A DNA stretch of 64,000 bases from Selaginella moellendorffii (GCF_000143415.4 NW_003314347.1:581438-645437); one strand, 5' to 3'; shown: positions 1 through 19,375, counted from the first letter of the stretch. Numbers and translations are program-made. The notes: generated from the sequence alone by a model not told the origin.

Positions 1-2040
1 CGTGGAATGGAATGGGCTTGTATTCGTTGCTGGGGTGATTGTTGTTTACGATCACGGAGCCCTCGACGTAATCGAAGGAGTTGGGGCTGTCTTTTGGGCG
101 AGCGATTAGCAGCTCCTGATCTCGAGTGAAAGCCTTGAAATCCGAGTAGAGTGCTCTGATCCATTTTACCTGGAAACAAACACAATTAAGAGTGTCAGTT
201 TCTCTCCTCTTTTTTTTTTCTCAAATTATCCAGATTTTGGGTGATTGGAGAGATTCATGGGGTCAGTTCAGTCAGTCAGTGTTTTATGGAAAGAGAAAAA
301 CTAAAAATTGGTGATCAATGAAGAGAAATCATTCGAAGAACGGCAGCACAGAGCACAACAAGACAAATGGTGGCGAGAGATAGAGCGAGAAAAAACTATA
401 TATCAAAAACACTGTACACACTCTCAATCATTTGGACAAGCAAAAAATTATCACGCGTGGCCGACACGACGAGACGAATTTCCATCCAACAAAACACAAA
501 AAAATGAGCAACAGAGGAGAAAAAAGGGGCTCGCGACTCCAAGCTCGTAAGGTGTAAGACGCTGAGAGAGAAGAAGGAACAAAAGCTAAAGCGTGAACAT
601 CGTGGCAATGGAGGGAGGAGTTATCTTGCTTCTCCTTTTTTCCCTTTTTCGCGTGCTCACCTTTTGAGGAGCTCGCTCGAGATTGATCTTGGCTTTGGTG
701 ATGATCCCAAATTGGCCGAGGCCCCCCAGAACCGCGAAGAAGAGGTCCGCGTGATCCACGGGCGAGCAGCGCACGATTTCACCATTCCCTGGAACGCGCA
801 AAACCGTTAAGAGATTTCTGGGGATAGATTAGAACACACCACCTAACAGACAGAATCAAAGTGATCCACTCCACTCCATTCAAACAAGCGAACAGGAAGC
901 TTCGCAAGAAGCGATTAAACAAAGGAAGGAAAGAAACAATCAAACGATATGTGATGCAAGTGCTCTGTTTTGCTTGGCACGAAACAGGGGATTCAAATCA
1001 AGAGGGATGAATCAAATGATTGGAATTTGCAAGAGAGAGAGACAGAGAGCAAGCAAGCAAGCCAAGCATCGACAATCCAGTGGGGAGAGGAGAGAGAAGA
1101 GAGAGAGAGAGAGAGAGGAAAAAAGAGAAAAGGATCTCCTCACTTCTTGGCAATCAAATCAATCAATCAATCATTGCTATACTTCTGGCCTAGATTCGCA
1201 GAGAGAATCCGCGAATCCATGGCAAAATTGACATCGACCCACGTCCAGGAATCGCGAAATTGAGCTCAAGAAACCGATTATCCAAACAGAGGAGCGATGG
1301 AGGGAGAGAAAAGTTTGCAAAATGCGAGTACCTGTCACTACTTCCAATTCCAGGACATTGCTGATCTGGGGGCCGTATCGAAAGGCCTGGCCGCTCACAC
1401 CCGCGTTGGAGAGCGTCCCCCCAACGCTGAGGAAGAGATAGTCCGTGAGCGATCGCGGCGCCAATCCATACTTCAAGCTCTCCCTCACAACGTCGATCCA
1501 GAGCTCTCCTCCCATGGCCTCCACATACGGCTGCTCCCCGGGCTTTCCTTCCGACACCTTGATCCCGCGCAAGCTCCCCATCTCGATCACGACGCCATCG
1601 CCGGCCTGGGCCTGTCCAGCCACGGAGTGCCCGGCTCCTCTGGCCGCGATGCGCAGAGGCGAGCTCGTGTCGTGGACAGCACGGACAAGCGATGCGATGT
1701 CGCGGACGGAGGAGGGGTAGAGGATGGAGCGGGGGAGGCGGCGATGGATGCGCCCAAAGTCGGAGGAGGAGGCGGGCGAGGTGGCGGTGGCGAAGGTGAT
1801 GTGGCCGTGGAGCGAGAGCGAGGAGAGGGCGGCACAGTCCTGGGCGGAGAGCGGCGATCCAGAGCAGCTGGAATTGGCGAGGCCGACGATGGCCGTGCGC
1901 ACAAAGAGGAGGAGGAGCGCGAGGATTTGTCCCCACGAGAGGATCAACATTGCCTCGCTCCTGGGTCTCCTCGTGGTCGGCCATGGTTCGTGATCCTTTG
2001 ACCGGATCATCAAGCCATGTCCTCGAACTCGAGCTTCCAT
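1..2040 (-). CDS. CKX: Cytokinin oxidase/dehydrogenase (5' part; 3' end runs off the window). Exons ~2040-1332, 788-661, 169-<1
   Basis: FAD-binding motif [14 protein letters not shown], plus [31 protein letters not shown] and [20 protein letters not shown] junctions keep the frame (VVTG|NGEI, PQK|[11 protein letters not shown]). Confidence 0.95.
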
Positions 2041-2760
2041 GGCGATCGCGATCAGCAAGAAAAGAACTCTCTCTCTTGTATGTGAGAATTACAAATCAGC
2101 TAAATTTTCTCTCCTTTTTTTCCTTCTCAAGAAAGGGAAGAACTGGGGAGAGAAAAAAGGACGTTCAAAGTGCAGCTGCAGCTGAACTCAGAAACTGAAC
2201 TCAAAAGCCGAAGCCGGGGGCGGAGCTGAAAACTGAAACTGAAACTGAAAACTGGAGACCTTTTGAATGTGAGGCTTTGGGTGGATCGATCTATCCAACC
2301 AACAGAAGCACTTGATGGGGATTTGCCACTTTGCTGCTGCTGGCGGGGAATGCAGCACACTCACACCGTGTTGGCCTTTTATATGCCCAAGTCCGCGCAC
2401 TTACTTGGCCTCCAGTGGTTTTTTTGTAATGCTAAATTAGATGCCACCAACTTACGGAGGATTCAGTCAGTCCAGCAGCCGAATTTCACCAGGGGGGGAA
2501 GAAATAGAAAGAAGCTTTCCTGGAGTTGTTTAAGCTTTTGTTACCGGAAAGCAGAGAAATTTGCGTGCACGAAACAAACAGCACAAACGAGGCTCCTTTT
2601 TGCGGCTGGCTGATGGATCATGGATTGGATCAAAAACTTAGTTTTCTACTTTGTTAAAGAAAAGTCTGGATTTAACGCAAAAACAAAGAAAGATCTTATC
2701 CTCCGACAAAATTTGGGCTGCCCAATTCCTTCCAACAGCACGGAAGGAAAAAGCTCTACT

Positions 2761-2797
2761 CTGCTGCTGCTTCTGCTGCTGCTGCTGCTGCTGCTGC
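2761..2797. repeat. (CTG)n microsatellite
   Basis: ctgctgctgcttctgctgctgctgctgctgctgctgc, read directly. Confidence 0.9.
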
Positions 2798-5700
2798 CTA
2801 GAACAAGACCACTCAAAGATCTGGCAAGCAAGGCATCCATCCATCCATCCTATATACAGCTATCGGCAGAGTATCTAATAAGTGAGATATCAATGAATTG
2901 GAGAGATCATGTCACTGAAGCTAGCAAGAGAGAGAGGGAGAGAGGATCGATGATCATAGCTCCTGCTGGTTGATTCCAGATTCCTTTCTTCCAAAATCTC
3001 TGTTGTGTGGCCGGGCCGTGCGGGCACAGTACTACATGGGTTTCCTTCGTTTTTTATGTGAGTTTTGCTTTTCCCTGTTGTTTCATGTAGATAGTAACTT
3101 ATACATCCTAAGAAGGCTGCGAGAGGACGATACACTCTGCCGCGGGATCCATGATCATGTAGGCAGTTGCCATGAATTGGTCTCATATGGAATGCGCTCT
3201 GGTGATTCCAGTTTCCAGTTGTGTGCGAAAGCGAGAGGTGGGTCGATCCCTCTCTCTCTCGCTCATCAATTGTGGTGGCAGCGACCAAAAGATTCAGTCA
3301 GTGAGTCGTGATCAGACGTAATCAATGATCCATTTTCCATCAAAAGGCTGCAGTCGGACACAGTTTGTGGCTTCGCAGGGTTTGCAATTGCAGCGGCGCA
3401 GCCAATTTCACACGTGCAGCCGAGGGGGGTTCATTTCTTTCACTTTCGTGCCTTTCCACCATTTTTATAATTTTAAACTCGGCCGGATATTCCTCTCCAC
3501 GTACGGAAAATGTACGGCCTTCCTCTTCAATTATTTTACAAGTCAATGTTTGATTCCCATTTTCTCGAACGAGATAGTAGGTAGTATGCGGATTGTAACG
3601 TTCGAACTGTGTTTGTGGGCATGATTGATTTGATGGGAGCAAAAACAAGAGACGACCAGAGACGAGCGGATCATCGTCGCCACCTTTTCCATTCAGGATT
3701 GGGATTTGTTTGTTTAATATGAGATGCCAGTCAAGGTTCAACGATTCCTCCATCCACCTTTTGAGGACTCACAAAAACAGCCTGCAACTGGATTTCCATT
3801 CGAGAGATTAGACACAGACACATATGTTTCGCAAACAATCTATCAGGAACACCGATAATATTCCAAATATATTGTGCATAGATTGAATGGGGCGGTCTCC
3901 CCAGTGACTCCTGTTTCGCCACCCTCTTGCAATGGGTAAATTATTCTAAAGTATTGCACTTGAGCCCTCAATATTCCCCCCTCTACGGCAATCCGCATAT
4001 TAATAATCTCGCCATCTCGCTCCTTGAAATCGCAAAACAACACGAGAAAGATGCCAAAATGCCCATGCTTGGTAATTCCGGTCAAGCATCTCTCGCGTGG
4101 AATGGCCAATGTGACGTGTGGATTGGTGGGCTTTGGGCGACATGTTGCGCGGACGTGGAGTACTCATCCGATGTGGCCGGCCCCGTCAGCTCGTCTTTTG
4201 GGAACATTTTTCTACAAGAGGCAGTCACGTGGGCGTGGAGGCCCCAGTTTGCGAACTCGAGGTTGGCAACTGGAACTGCAACACCGCGTTTGCCTCTAAA
4301 GTACTGTCATAAGGGTTATGAGATTCCTCTCATTTCGGTGCTCTGAAAGGTGGCGGAGATTTGGATTTGGATTCCTTTCCCCATGGGGCTGTGGGTAACT
4401 CTCGAGGTTGCTGCCATTTGGGCGACAAGGTCCGCCACAAATTGCACGAGAACAACGAGATCGACGGCCCCGCGACAGTTCTGGTAGACAGCTTGATTGA
4501 TTTCAACGCTGCAAGAAGAGCGAGCTCGTTTGCGAGGGCGGGTGGTAATTGTTTCCCTGCAGCGAAATGTCAGTGATCTCGTCACAAGCTTTCCAGATTT
4601 TTTCGTCTGGGCGTGGACATTTTCGGAAGAAAGCGAGTACAAGAAAACAAGCACATAAGGGGGCATCCGCGCACTCTCACTGTCCATCCCAACTGGACCA
4701 GCAACGCTTTCCCCCCAACCAGACATAACAGCGCGACAGGCATGCCTCACCACCTTTGCATGGCCAATGTGGCAATCCGGGCCACAGATGCCCACGTGAA
4801 GTTGTGTCTGCAGTGGGGCGCATATTCGTGAATCTGCTTTGGGATTGGTAGCAATGTATATGGCTTTGGGACCAGCAAATGCACGAAACGAGTACATGCC
4901 CACAATTTGCCACCCTTGCAGTGAGGTGAACAATCATTGATGATATCATCCATGCATCAATGTATACTTGTCCAAGGGAATGTACGGACGAAGGTTCAAT
5001 CCCTTTAGATGGTGGTTGGCTGCTGAAATCTTCCGTCTCCAATCCAACCGACGAATTAGGGTTGCGGCAGTGAAGATGAATGTTTAGAGGGCTTTGTCCG
5101 TTTCGGTTTTTGTTTATCCGGTTTTGTTTTTGTTTTTGGTTTTGACACATTTCAACGGGGGAGTGAATGAACTTAGCGCCGTTTTAGGTGGTGCCTTGAA
5201 GTTTTTTGTATTTCCCGGAATGTGAAGTTTACATCAGCGAGATCTTGCGCGCCCCAGAGATTTGGTTGCATACCCACGGCATATACAAAATAGTCAAGCA
5301 CGGCGACAAGAGTAAATTAATACGTAGATGTTATAGTGCAACATGAGTCGTGGATACTTTTCTCTTGAATGGTCGTCACGTCTCTTGGCGGCATTCAAGC
5401 AGCGCAATGTTGCAATGGAGGCTGCATTTGCGCGCTCTACGTAAGTCTAAGATTCTGTCTAACTTGGCTGGCGAGAATTAGGGTTTGTTGTCTGATCCTT
5501 GCACGTGGCAGGCGATGCGTTTGGGTTGGAGTGCATGCATGAATGCAGGCCATTGACCTTGCAACCCGGTCCAAATACATGGTTTTGATCGAAGAAGAGG
5601 TCAAGCTCCAAACAGAAAACTAACATGAATTCATGATGCTTTGTGCCAAATGCTTATATATTTATACCACCAAGAGAACGTTAACTTGTGGGATGCCCAG

Positions 5701-6189
5701 AAGCCTTCATTCGTAAGCATTAATTTCCCCCGCATATCTCCGTCGCTTGTTTATTAAATGAAGCTACGGTTTCGTTCGTGGAATCGAAATTTTGTGCGCC
5801 CGAACTGCCTGACGACTGACTGTTTGTGTCATGTGGAAAGAGAATCAGATTTTATGTATATATAACCGACAGTGGATTCAGTAGTTTTGTGGCACCGAGG
5901 GAGCGAAACTTACGAGCATCCCACCGAGAACAGTGTGTAGTGTCTGACTTGAAGCAAATCGAATCGAGTAGAGGACACATAACACACAGTTCCTGTCTTT
6001 AAAAGTTCTCAGATCGATCAATCGATCTAGATGGTGATCATGCTGCTTGTTTAGTGTCCGATCTGGATTGATATGGAGCTTTGGTTTAGCGTCCTAAGCG
6101 TGTGAGGTTGCCATTAAGAGCTTCTTACACATACATGGCTGATTCAACGGTTTGAGCGCTTTTTTACTCTTGGCTTCACTGTTTGATCG

Positions 6190-7244
6190 ATGATCAAGTG
6201 GCGATCCATGCAGGGAAGCGTCGGCGGTCCAGTTCTGCTCCAGTTTGATTCGATCCAAAGCCTCCACTCGCACCTGGACAAGATGATCTACAATGTGGTG
6301 CCGGCAGCACCATCGCCACTGTGCTTCCATGTTGTCTCTCACAGTTTTCTCGTAGCGGCAGGCCCGGTCAACGTAGTTCAACCCACCGTTCAGCACAGAA
6401 ATGGATCGGTCAACACGGTCCCTCCGCCGAGGTGTGCGATTCTTTTCATCCATCGCGTTCTCTTGCTCGCTCTTAACTGCTCTTATAGATTTAAGACCAA
6501 GAGAAAACGAGGAAGACCAAAGAAATACATCGATCCGAGCATCAAGCGCAAGCCCGGGAGACCCAGAAAGCATCAATGGGTCACTCAGGATGATCAAGTC
6601 TACACGGAAACTCGAGCTCTGCCAAAAGAGTCCGGTCAAGATCTGATTCCAGAGGTGCTGTCTTTGTTCTTCCTCGTTCTTTCTTTTCTCTCCACGGCTT
6701 TTATTTCGAGCAGGAAGATGGTTCTTGTGATGTTGAGGAGGTATTGGAGCCGAGACTTACTAGTACGTCGAGTTTCGGCCAAAAGCTGGAAGCCGAGCTC
6801 GAGAGATCGTTTGATGGTGACGAGCTTGAGAGAATGGAGAGAGATGTGAGCCATCGTAAGCCCGTCGTGAAGTTGAGACAAACGCGCCAGGGAAGCGTTC
6901 CATTCGAGACTGAAAATGCAGGGAACTCGTATCTTGACCACTTTCCAGGTGACGCTACATATGATCAGCTCAAAGTTTTTCTCATCTTCTTCTCTGTTTC
7001 CTCGTTCTCGTTTTGTGTAGACTTTACTGAAGTTCTCAGTGTGACTAGAAGCTCAGAGAAGAGGCTTCGACTGTTGCGTGGATTCTTTTTCTGGCTACAG
7101 GTGATCAATCTCCAAAGCTCTAAATGTGTTTGACTGAGAGCTTATTCTTTTGCAGCATTCTTGTATGATGAATTCATTCAAGCCCTGGCTGTCAGGAGAA
7201 GTGCTCGAGGATCCAAAAGAGTGTCAGGAGATCACTCCGAATGA
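6190..7244 (+). CDS. Putative multi-exon AT-hook protein (orphan-like)
   Basis: Two AT-hook-like cores (KRKRGRPKK, KPGRPRK). A chain of plausible short GT-AG introns (6432-6489, 6654-6713, 6949-7020, ~7041-7100, ~7126-7156) gives an open frame to TGA at 7242-7244. Start codon uncertain. Confidence 0.5.
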
Positions 7245-7300
7245 TCAAGAGATTTTTGACATGAAAGTGGTCTTACAACTATAAACAAGTGTTGTTTGAT

Positions 7301-9124
7301 CTAAGCTCTACCCAAGTTCCCAAGAGAAGCATAGAGATTTGACAAGAGAACGTGAGAAGCAGCGTCGTTGGGATCCAGAGTCGACAGATGCTTGGCAGTT
7401 TTGTTTCCAATCTTCGTATTTTCCTGAAGTTTACATGCATTTAGCAGCGATCCCCAGTGCAAGACTTCCGGCACGAAAGGCATGGTACGTATAAGTTCCT
7501 GCGCACTCTCGAGCCGTCCTGCTCGACAAAGAATATCGGCCATGCTAAAGTAGTGCTCTCTCCCTGGAGCAATCCCGTGATCCCTTCTCATCGAGGTAAA
7601 ATAACCATGGCCTCTGTAGAGCAATCCAACATGGTTACAAGCAAGTAGAGCGCTGGCGAAGCATATATCATCGGGCTTCACTCCTTCCAAGTTCATCGCG
7701 TGGAAAATTTGGATCGAATCCATCTGGTTGCCAGAGTGAGCAAAAGCCGAGATCATTGCCGTCCACGACACAACGTTTCGCTCGGGCATCGTCTCAAACA
7801 CGAACAAGGAAGTTCTCAAGTGACCAGCTTGAGCGTACGCTTGGAGTATGGTTGTCCAGGCAACTGTGTCTTTCCACGGCATCTCTTCGAACAAGATCTT
7901 TGCTCCTCGGATGTCACCGCTGGTAGCGTAGCCTTGCAGCATCGCCGACCACGAGACCAAGTTCTTCTCGGGCATGGAATCAAACATAAACTTTGCGGCT
8001 TCCAAGTCTTGTCGCCCGGCGTGAGCAGCAAGCATGGCGGTCATTGACACGACGTTTCTTTCGGGCATGGAATTGAAGAGCTCGATGGCGTTGGAAAACT
8101 CCCCGGCTTCGACGTAAGCCTGGAGCATGAGCGTCCAGGACACGACATTTCTCCGTGGGATTGTCTCAAACAAGTCTCTCGCCCTAGGAACATCTCTTGC
8201 TTGTGTGTAACCCAGCAGCATCACGCTCCACGCCACGAGATCGCGGCCCTTGTCCACCGGAACTGGGATAGAATCAAACAAGCGCTTGGCTTCTCTCATC
8301 TTTCCTCGTTGTGCGTACGCCTGGAGCATCACAGTCCATGAAATCTCGTCCAAGAGTTCCATCCCGTCAAAGATTTGCTTGGCTCTTTCCAGATCGCCCT
8401 CTTGCGCGTAAGCAGTGATCATGCTAGTGGATGCTGCGATGCTCGGCTGCTCCAGCTTGTCAAAGATGTGCTTGGCTTCGTGGAGGTGGCCTTTACGCAC
8501 GTATGCCGCGATCAGAGCCATTGCTGCCGCAGGAGCAAACTCTGGAATGGAATCAAAGACATATTTTGCGGAATGCAGGCTTCCGGAGCTGGCGAATCCA
8601 GTGATCAAGGCAATGCTGGTAATCTCGTTCCACTCCGGCATCTTGTCAAAGAGAAGTTTTGCCGAATCCATATGCCCTCCTCTGGCATATGCAGTGATCA
8701 AAGTATTCCATGAAGCTGTGTCCCATGCAGGCATCTTATTGAAAAATTGGTTAGCTTCGTTTGCACAGTCATGGTTTGAATAAGCAGCCAAGATGGTGTT
8801 CCATGAAACTACGTTCATTTCTGGAAAGCTCTCTAGAAACGTTTTTGCGGTCTCAAGATGCCCATTCTGGGCATAAGCATTCAGCATGATGTTCCAAGAG
8901 AAAACATCTCTCGACTGCAAGCTTTGAAAGACATCAAACGCATCACGGGCGCTCCCGCATCTGCCATACATTTTCACCAAGAGATTGCAGAGATGCCTAT
9001 CCTGCGAGAGCTGCTCGCTGGAAAGAACTCGAGCGTGGAGCTGCCTGGCCTGCGACAAATCCTTGCACGATGCCACCAACGACGCTAGATCCTCCTTCAC
9101 ACTGCCCGTGGAAAGCTCACGCAT
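7301..9124 (-). CDS. PLS-class pentatricopeptide repeat protein (SS-motif rich, E domain, no DYW), intronless
   Basis: Tandem 31-aa repeats (F..MPE.N.VSW..ML..YA..G....A), the P2-L2-S2 block (GVKPDDICFASALLAC...EHYFSMADILCRAG), and an E domain (MPFVP...WGSLLNAC...HVLLSNLYA). Confidence 0.95.
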   Translation of the reverse strand: MRELSTGSVKEDLASLVASCKDLSQARQLHARVLSSEQLSQDRHLCNLLVKMYGRCGSARDAFDVFQSLQSRDVFSWNIMLNAYAQNGHLETAKTFLESFPEMNVVSWNTILAAYSNHDCANEANQFFNKMPAWDTASWNTLITAYARGGHMDSAKLLFDKMPEWNEITSIALITGFASSGSLHSAKYVFDSIPEFAPAAAMALIAAYVRKGHLHEAKHIFDKLEQPSIAASTSMITAYAQEGDLERAKQIFDGMELLDEISWTVMLQAYAQRGKMREAKRLFDSIPVPVDKGRDLVAWSVMLLGYTQARDVPRARDLFETIPRRNVVSWTLMLQAYVEAGEFSNAIELFNSMPERNVVSMTAMLAAHAGRQDLEAAKFMFDSMPEKNLVSWSAMLQGYATSGDIRGAKILFEEMPWKDTVAWTTILQAYAQAGHLRTSLFVFETMPERNVVSWTAMISAFAHSGNQMDSIQIFHAMNLEGVKPDDICFASALLACNHVGLLYRGHGYFTSMRRDHGIAPGREHYFSMADILCRAGRLESAQELIRTMPFVPEVLHWGSLLNACKLQENTKIGNKTAKHLSTLDPNDAASHVLLSNLYASLGNLGRA

Positions 9125-9336
9125 TTATTCCATCAGAAGAAGACCTTTGTCTCCTCCATATCCCGCAAAGCAAACTTCGTTTTCTTATTTAACCATCCGG
9201 CCCCTTGCAACGCTGCGAAAGTATGAATGACGTCGGCCACAGCTCACTCTTTCCAGAGTCCCGAGCTTAAATACAGCCATGTTTTGAGTGATCTTTCTCC
9301 TCCATCTCCCGTGAATGATGTCTCATTTTCTTTTTC

Positions 9337-11248
<1,912 letters not shown>

Positions 11249-11290
11249 TGCCGTGGTTTTAGGGTTTATCGAAATATTTCTTCCAGGTAG

Positions 11291-13004
11291 ATGTCTAGCC
11301 TGGGGCGCCCTCCAGATCCCATCGCGGTGCTCAGGGCGCACAGATCGTGCGTGAATGCCGTCGCGTTTCACGGCGCCAAGCTCCTCCTCTCCGGGTAGGG
11401 ATCCAAGCGATCTTTGTTTTTCCCTCGCGCTCTCGGCCTCATCTCTTTCATCTCAGTGACACAAATGGCGAGCTACGGATTTGGGATGTTAGTCGCAGAA
11501 GGACGATCGCTTCGTGCCAGTGAGTAAAATTCTTTTGGAGGATCGATCAAGAGTGAATTTTATTGCGTTTTTTCTTTCGGTTTAGAGCACACAGTCCCAA
11601 GGCTGGAGTGATTGGAATTGGCACTAGCGGGCTTATGGAGAACAAAGTTCTAAGGCAAGCAAGCTTTCTTTTGCTTGAGTGATTGTGAGTACCATCGTCT
11701 TTGTTCTCGCAGCCAAGGACGCGATGGCACTGTCAAATGCTGGCAGCTAGGTGAAGCAAGCTTATCAAGGTCTTTTTTTTTTGTGTGTGGGGTTGTACTC
11801 TCCTTTTCCTTTTCTCACATTCTTTGGTTTTCGTCTTGCAGGGAACCTCTGGTCACAATCAGAACGAATGCGTATCATTTTTGCAAGCTCTCGCCTTTGA
11901 GAGTGTCTACTGCTCCTGTCATTACTGAAGTTGCCCTGGAAGAGAACGACAATGTGGAGCACAATCTTATAGCTCGAAATCTTTCAGGTAATACAACCTT
12001 GGGTTGCCAGACAAACTTTGCCTCATTTTTCGTCCCAGGAAAGTCTCTCGTGGCCATTGCTGGCGAGGAGCCCTCGATTGTAAGTGGCAGCTCCCTCTAG
12101 TTTCCCGAAACCTTCCTTCAGTCGCTGATTGATTCTTAAATCGTGTAGCTTGCAGGCTGAAATCTGGGACGTCGATGCGGGTGTTCGTGTGGAGCGGCTG
12201 CATCATCATCACGATACGAAAGGCTCAGGTAATCTATGTTCGAGGCATATCAATGTGTGAACGTTCTAAATCCCTGTCGCAGGAATGTGTATGGCGCTCG
12301 AGCTATTTGTACCACCTGAGCTAGACGGGACACCCAACGCACTCGTTGGGTACGAGGATGGAAGCATGGCATTATGGGACATGAGAAACTGTCGTTCTCC
12401 TCGTACTACTGCTCGTTTTCACACGGAACCTGGTACATAACACGCAACTTTTGTAGCACTGGTCGTGATCATTTTCCTGCCAGTGTTGAGCCTTGCGCTG
12501 GATGATTGGTGCCGAGGTGGAATGTCCGGTGCGGCTGACGAGAAAACGGTGTTTTTCAACATTGACTACAAGCAGGTTCGTTCGATCATGTCGAAGGTTG
12601 CTCCAACTTCCGTTTTTTCCATTTGTAGAACGCGTTTGCGTCGATACTGGAAGTAAACCACGGACGGCCTGGTATTGGAGACGTCGCAGTTCGTCCAGAC
12701 TGTAAGATCGCTGCCACTGCTGGATGGGATAACCGGTAAGCTTCAGTGGAACCATTCATTCACTCACAAATTATTTGCGCCTTCGCGGAGTCCAGCGTCC
12801 GGATATATGATTATCAACGCAGGCGCGCTCTAGCGATTCTCAAGTATCATTCATCATCGGTGAGTGCCTTGGTTTGCTGCGAGGCAGCATTCTCACTGCT
12901 TTTGCCTGTAGGTGACTGGAGTTGCGTTCTCCAGCGACAACGCTTTGCTAGCTTCATCATCTCAAGATTCGTGCATCGCACTGTGGTCATTATACCCGCC
13001 GTAA
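11291..13004 (+). CDS. DSE1: WD40 protein of the DSE1/ASA1/GNB1L family, multi-exon
   Basis: N-terminus MSSLGRPPDPIAVLRAHRSCVNAVAFH, then SQGRDGTVKCW, YHFCKLS and GYEDGSMALWD; C-terminus ALWSLYPP*. Confidence 0.88.
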
Positions 13005-13218
13005 AGCTACGATTCCAGCAAGTATGGCTAAGCATGAAATCTTCGTCCGGAGAAGAAGAAGATGAAGAAAAAAAAAGAATGCTCGAAGTACACCACCAAA
13101 TTCCTCGATTGAGACGGGGATTGGTAAGAATTTAGACGAAAGAGAGAGGAAAAGAAAAGGAATGGGAGCTTTCAGTGTAGCGTGAAGTATCTTCTTGGTA
13201 GCTCGAGTGCGGCGCAGC

Positions 13219-13335
13219 CGTAATCGTGGCCGTCGGATCTCCATAATGTCGAGCGTTTGAGCCGTCCGATTAGATCCGTAATCTCGGCCGTTGGATCTCC
13301 GGAATGTCGGGCGTTTGAGCCGTCCGATTGGGTCT
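13219..13335. promoter_or_regulatory. ~58-bp direct repeat x2 carrying MSA-like (GATCCAACGG / ATCGGACGG) elements upstream of the UBC gene
   Basis: cgtaatcgtggccgtcggatctcc...tttgagccgtccgatt is repeated as cgtaatctcggccgttggatctcc...tttgagccgtccgatt. Confidence 0.55.
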
Positions 13336-13460
13336 GGAATTGGGACCTCCATTTTGCTTCGTTGCTGTGCGTGTGAGAAGAGTCTTATAGCATTTTGGAA
13401 GGAGGCGCAAAAAATTTCCATTCCAGCGCCTTAGGGTTTTCGGATTTGCGCCATCGATCC

Positions 13461-14384
13461 ATGGCGTCGCTCGAGGCGGAGGTCCGATCGAAGAAGCGGC
13501 CGTCTCGTCGCGCGCCCGATACGGCCGTCTCGTCGGGCCACCAAAAGGTCGAGTAGGGTCTCTCTTTCCCGTGCGCGCAGCTACATTCCAGCGTGATTGT
13601 CAGCTTTTGGATCCCTCAATGTGTTCTTCCAGGTGCTGAGCAAGATTGCGGCCAATCGCCTCCAAAAGGAGCTCGCAGAGTGGCAGATCAATCCTCCAGC
13701 TGGTTTCAAGCACAAATACTCGGACAATCTCCAGAGGTACAGCCGCGATTTCGCAATTCCGATCGATTTCTCCTCTCTTTTCTCTTTCCTTCTCGAACAG
13801 GTGGCACATAGATATGATTGGGGCGTCGGGAACGCTCTACGCAGACGAGAAATACATCCTCCAGATTGAATTCCCAGAGAACTATCCGATGGAATCACCT
13901 CAGGTAACGAATTCAAGCAAAGCCTTTTTTTTCTTTCTTTCTTTGTTCATTGGGTTCATTGGTTTCCAGGTCGTTTTCTTGGAGCCTGCTCCTCTACATC
14001 CCCACATCTACAGCAATGGCCATATTTGCTTAGGTAAGGAGCTTCGATTCTCCTTCTCTTTTACGCCATTGACGACACGCTTGGATGCTTGGTCTACTTT
14101 CACTGCAGACATTCTGTACGAGTCTTGGTCCCCAGCCATGACCGTCTGCTCGGTTTGCATGAGCATTCTCTCAATGCTCTCAAGTTCTCCGGCCAAGGTA
14201 CTCGCAAAAATTCGCTTTTTGTTTGTCCCGAAAGGTCGTGAGCTTGTGAGAGATGGTGACTGACTCTCCTTTTCTGAATTTTTGATTCTTCTAGGAGCGG
14301 CCGCAGGACAATGACAGATACGTTAAAAGCTGCCGCAAGTCGCCCAAAGACACGAGATGGTGGTTCCACGATGACAATGTCTGA
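13461..14384 (+). CDS. E2 ubiquitin-conjugating enzyme, UBE2W / plant UBC15-18 type, multi-exon
   Basis: IAANRLQKELAEW, FPENYPMESPQV, HPHIYSNGHICLDILY (active-site Cys), C-terminus WWFHDDNV*. Confidence 0.95.
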
Positions 14385-14597
14385 CGAAAGATGCGAAAGA
14401 TTTGGAGGCTTAGAAAATTTGGGAGACGGAAGATTACCATATCATTGATAGAGCCTTTGTTCTTCTCTTTTCCAAGGCACACTATACGTTGTCAATAACT
14501 TACTCTGACTAAGCCTTCTCTAAGATCTCCTATCCTGTTAATCAAAAGTGGACCTTTTAGCGATCAAAATTTGTTTCTTCTAGCATGCTTACCGGGT

Positions 14598-19241
<4,644 letters not shown>

Positions 19242-19300
19242 TATTTTGACCTAATCCAGAGCATACGTTTTTCTTTTTAACATTTCGATAATCATATAAT

Positions 19301-19344
19301 GACGGTTTGGCCGAGTGGTCTAAGGCGTTGGATTTAGGCTCCAA

Positions 19345-19375
<31 letters not shown>

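Noticed and set aside
1190-2001. Long alternative-frame and antisense ORFs over CKX (similar ones over tubulin, AKR and LIN)
   Set aside because: Shadow ORFs produced by GC-rich codon usage
4316-4933. 205-aa minus-strand ORF and overlapping ORFs upstream of CKX
   Set aside because: No recognisable domain or convincing gene structure; probably spurious
5470-5700. USE-like ATCCCACAAG, a TATA and a downstream AAACCCTAA on the minus strand, suggesting a Pol III snRNA or telomerase RNA gene
   Set aside because: The downstream sequence matches no snRNA I recognise and has an early T-run. It lacks the G-rich 5' end and template position of plant telomerase RNAs. AAACCCTAA is a common telo-box.
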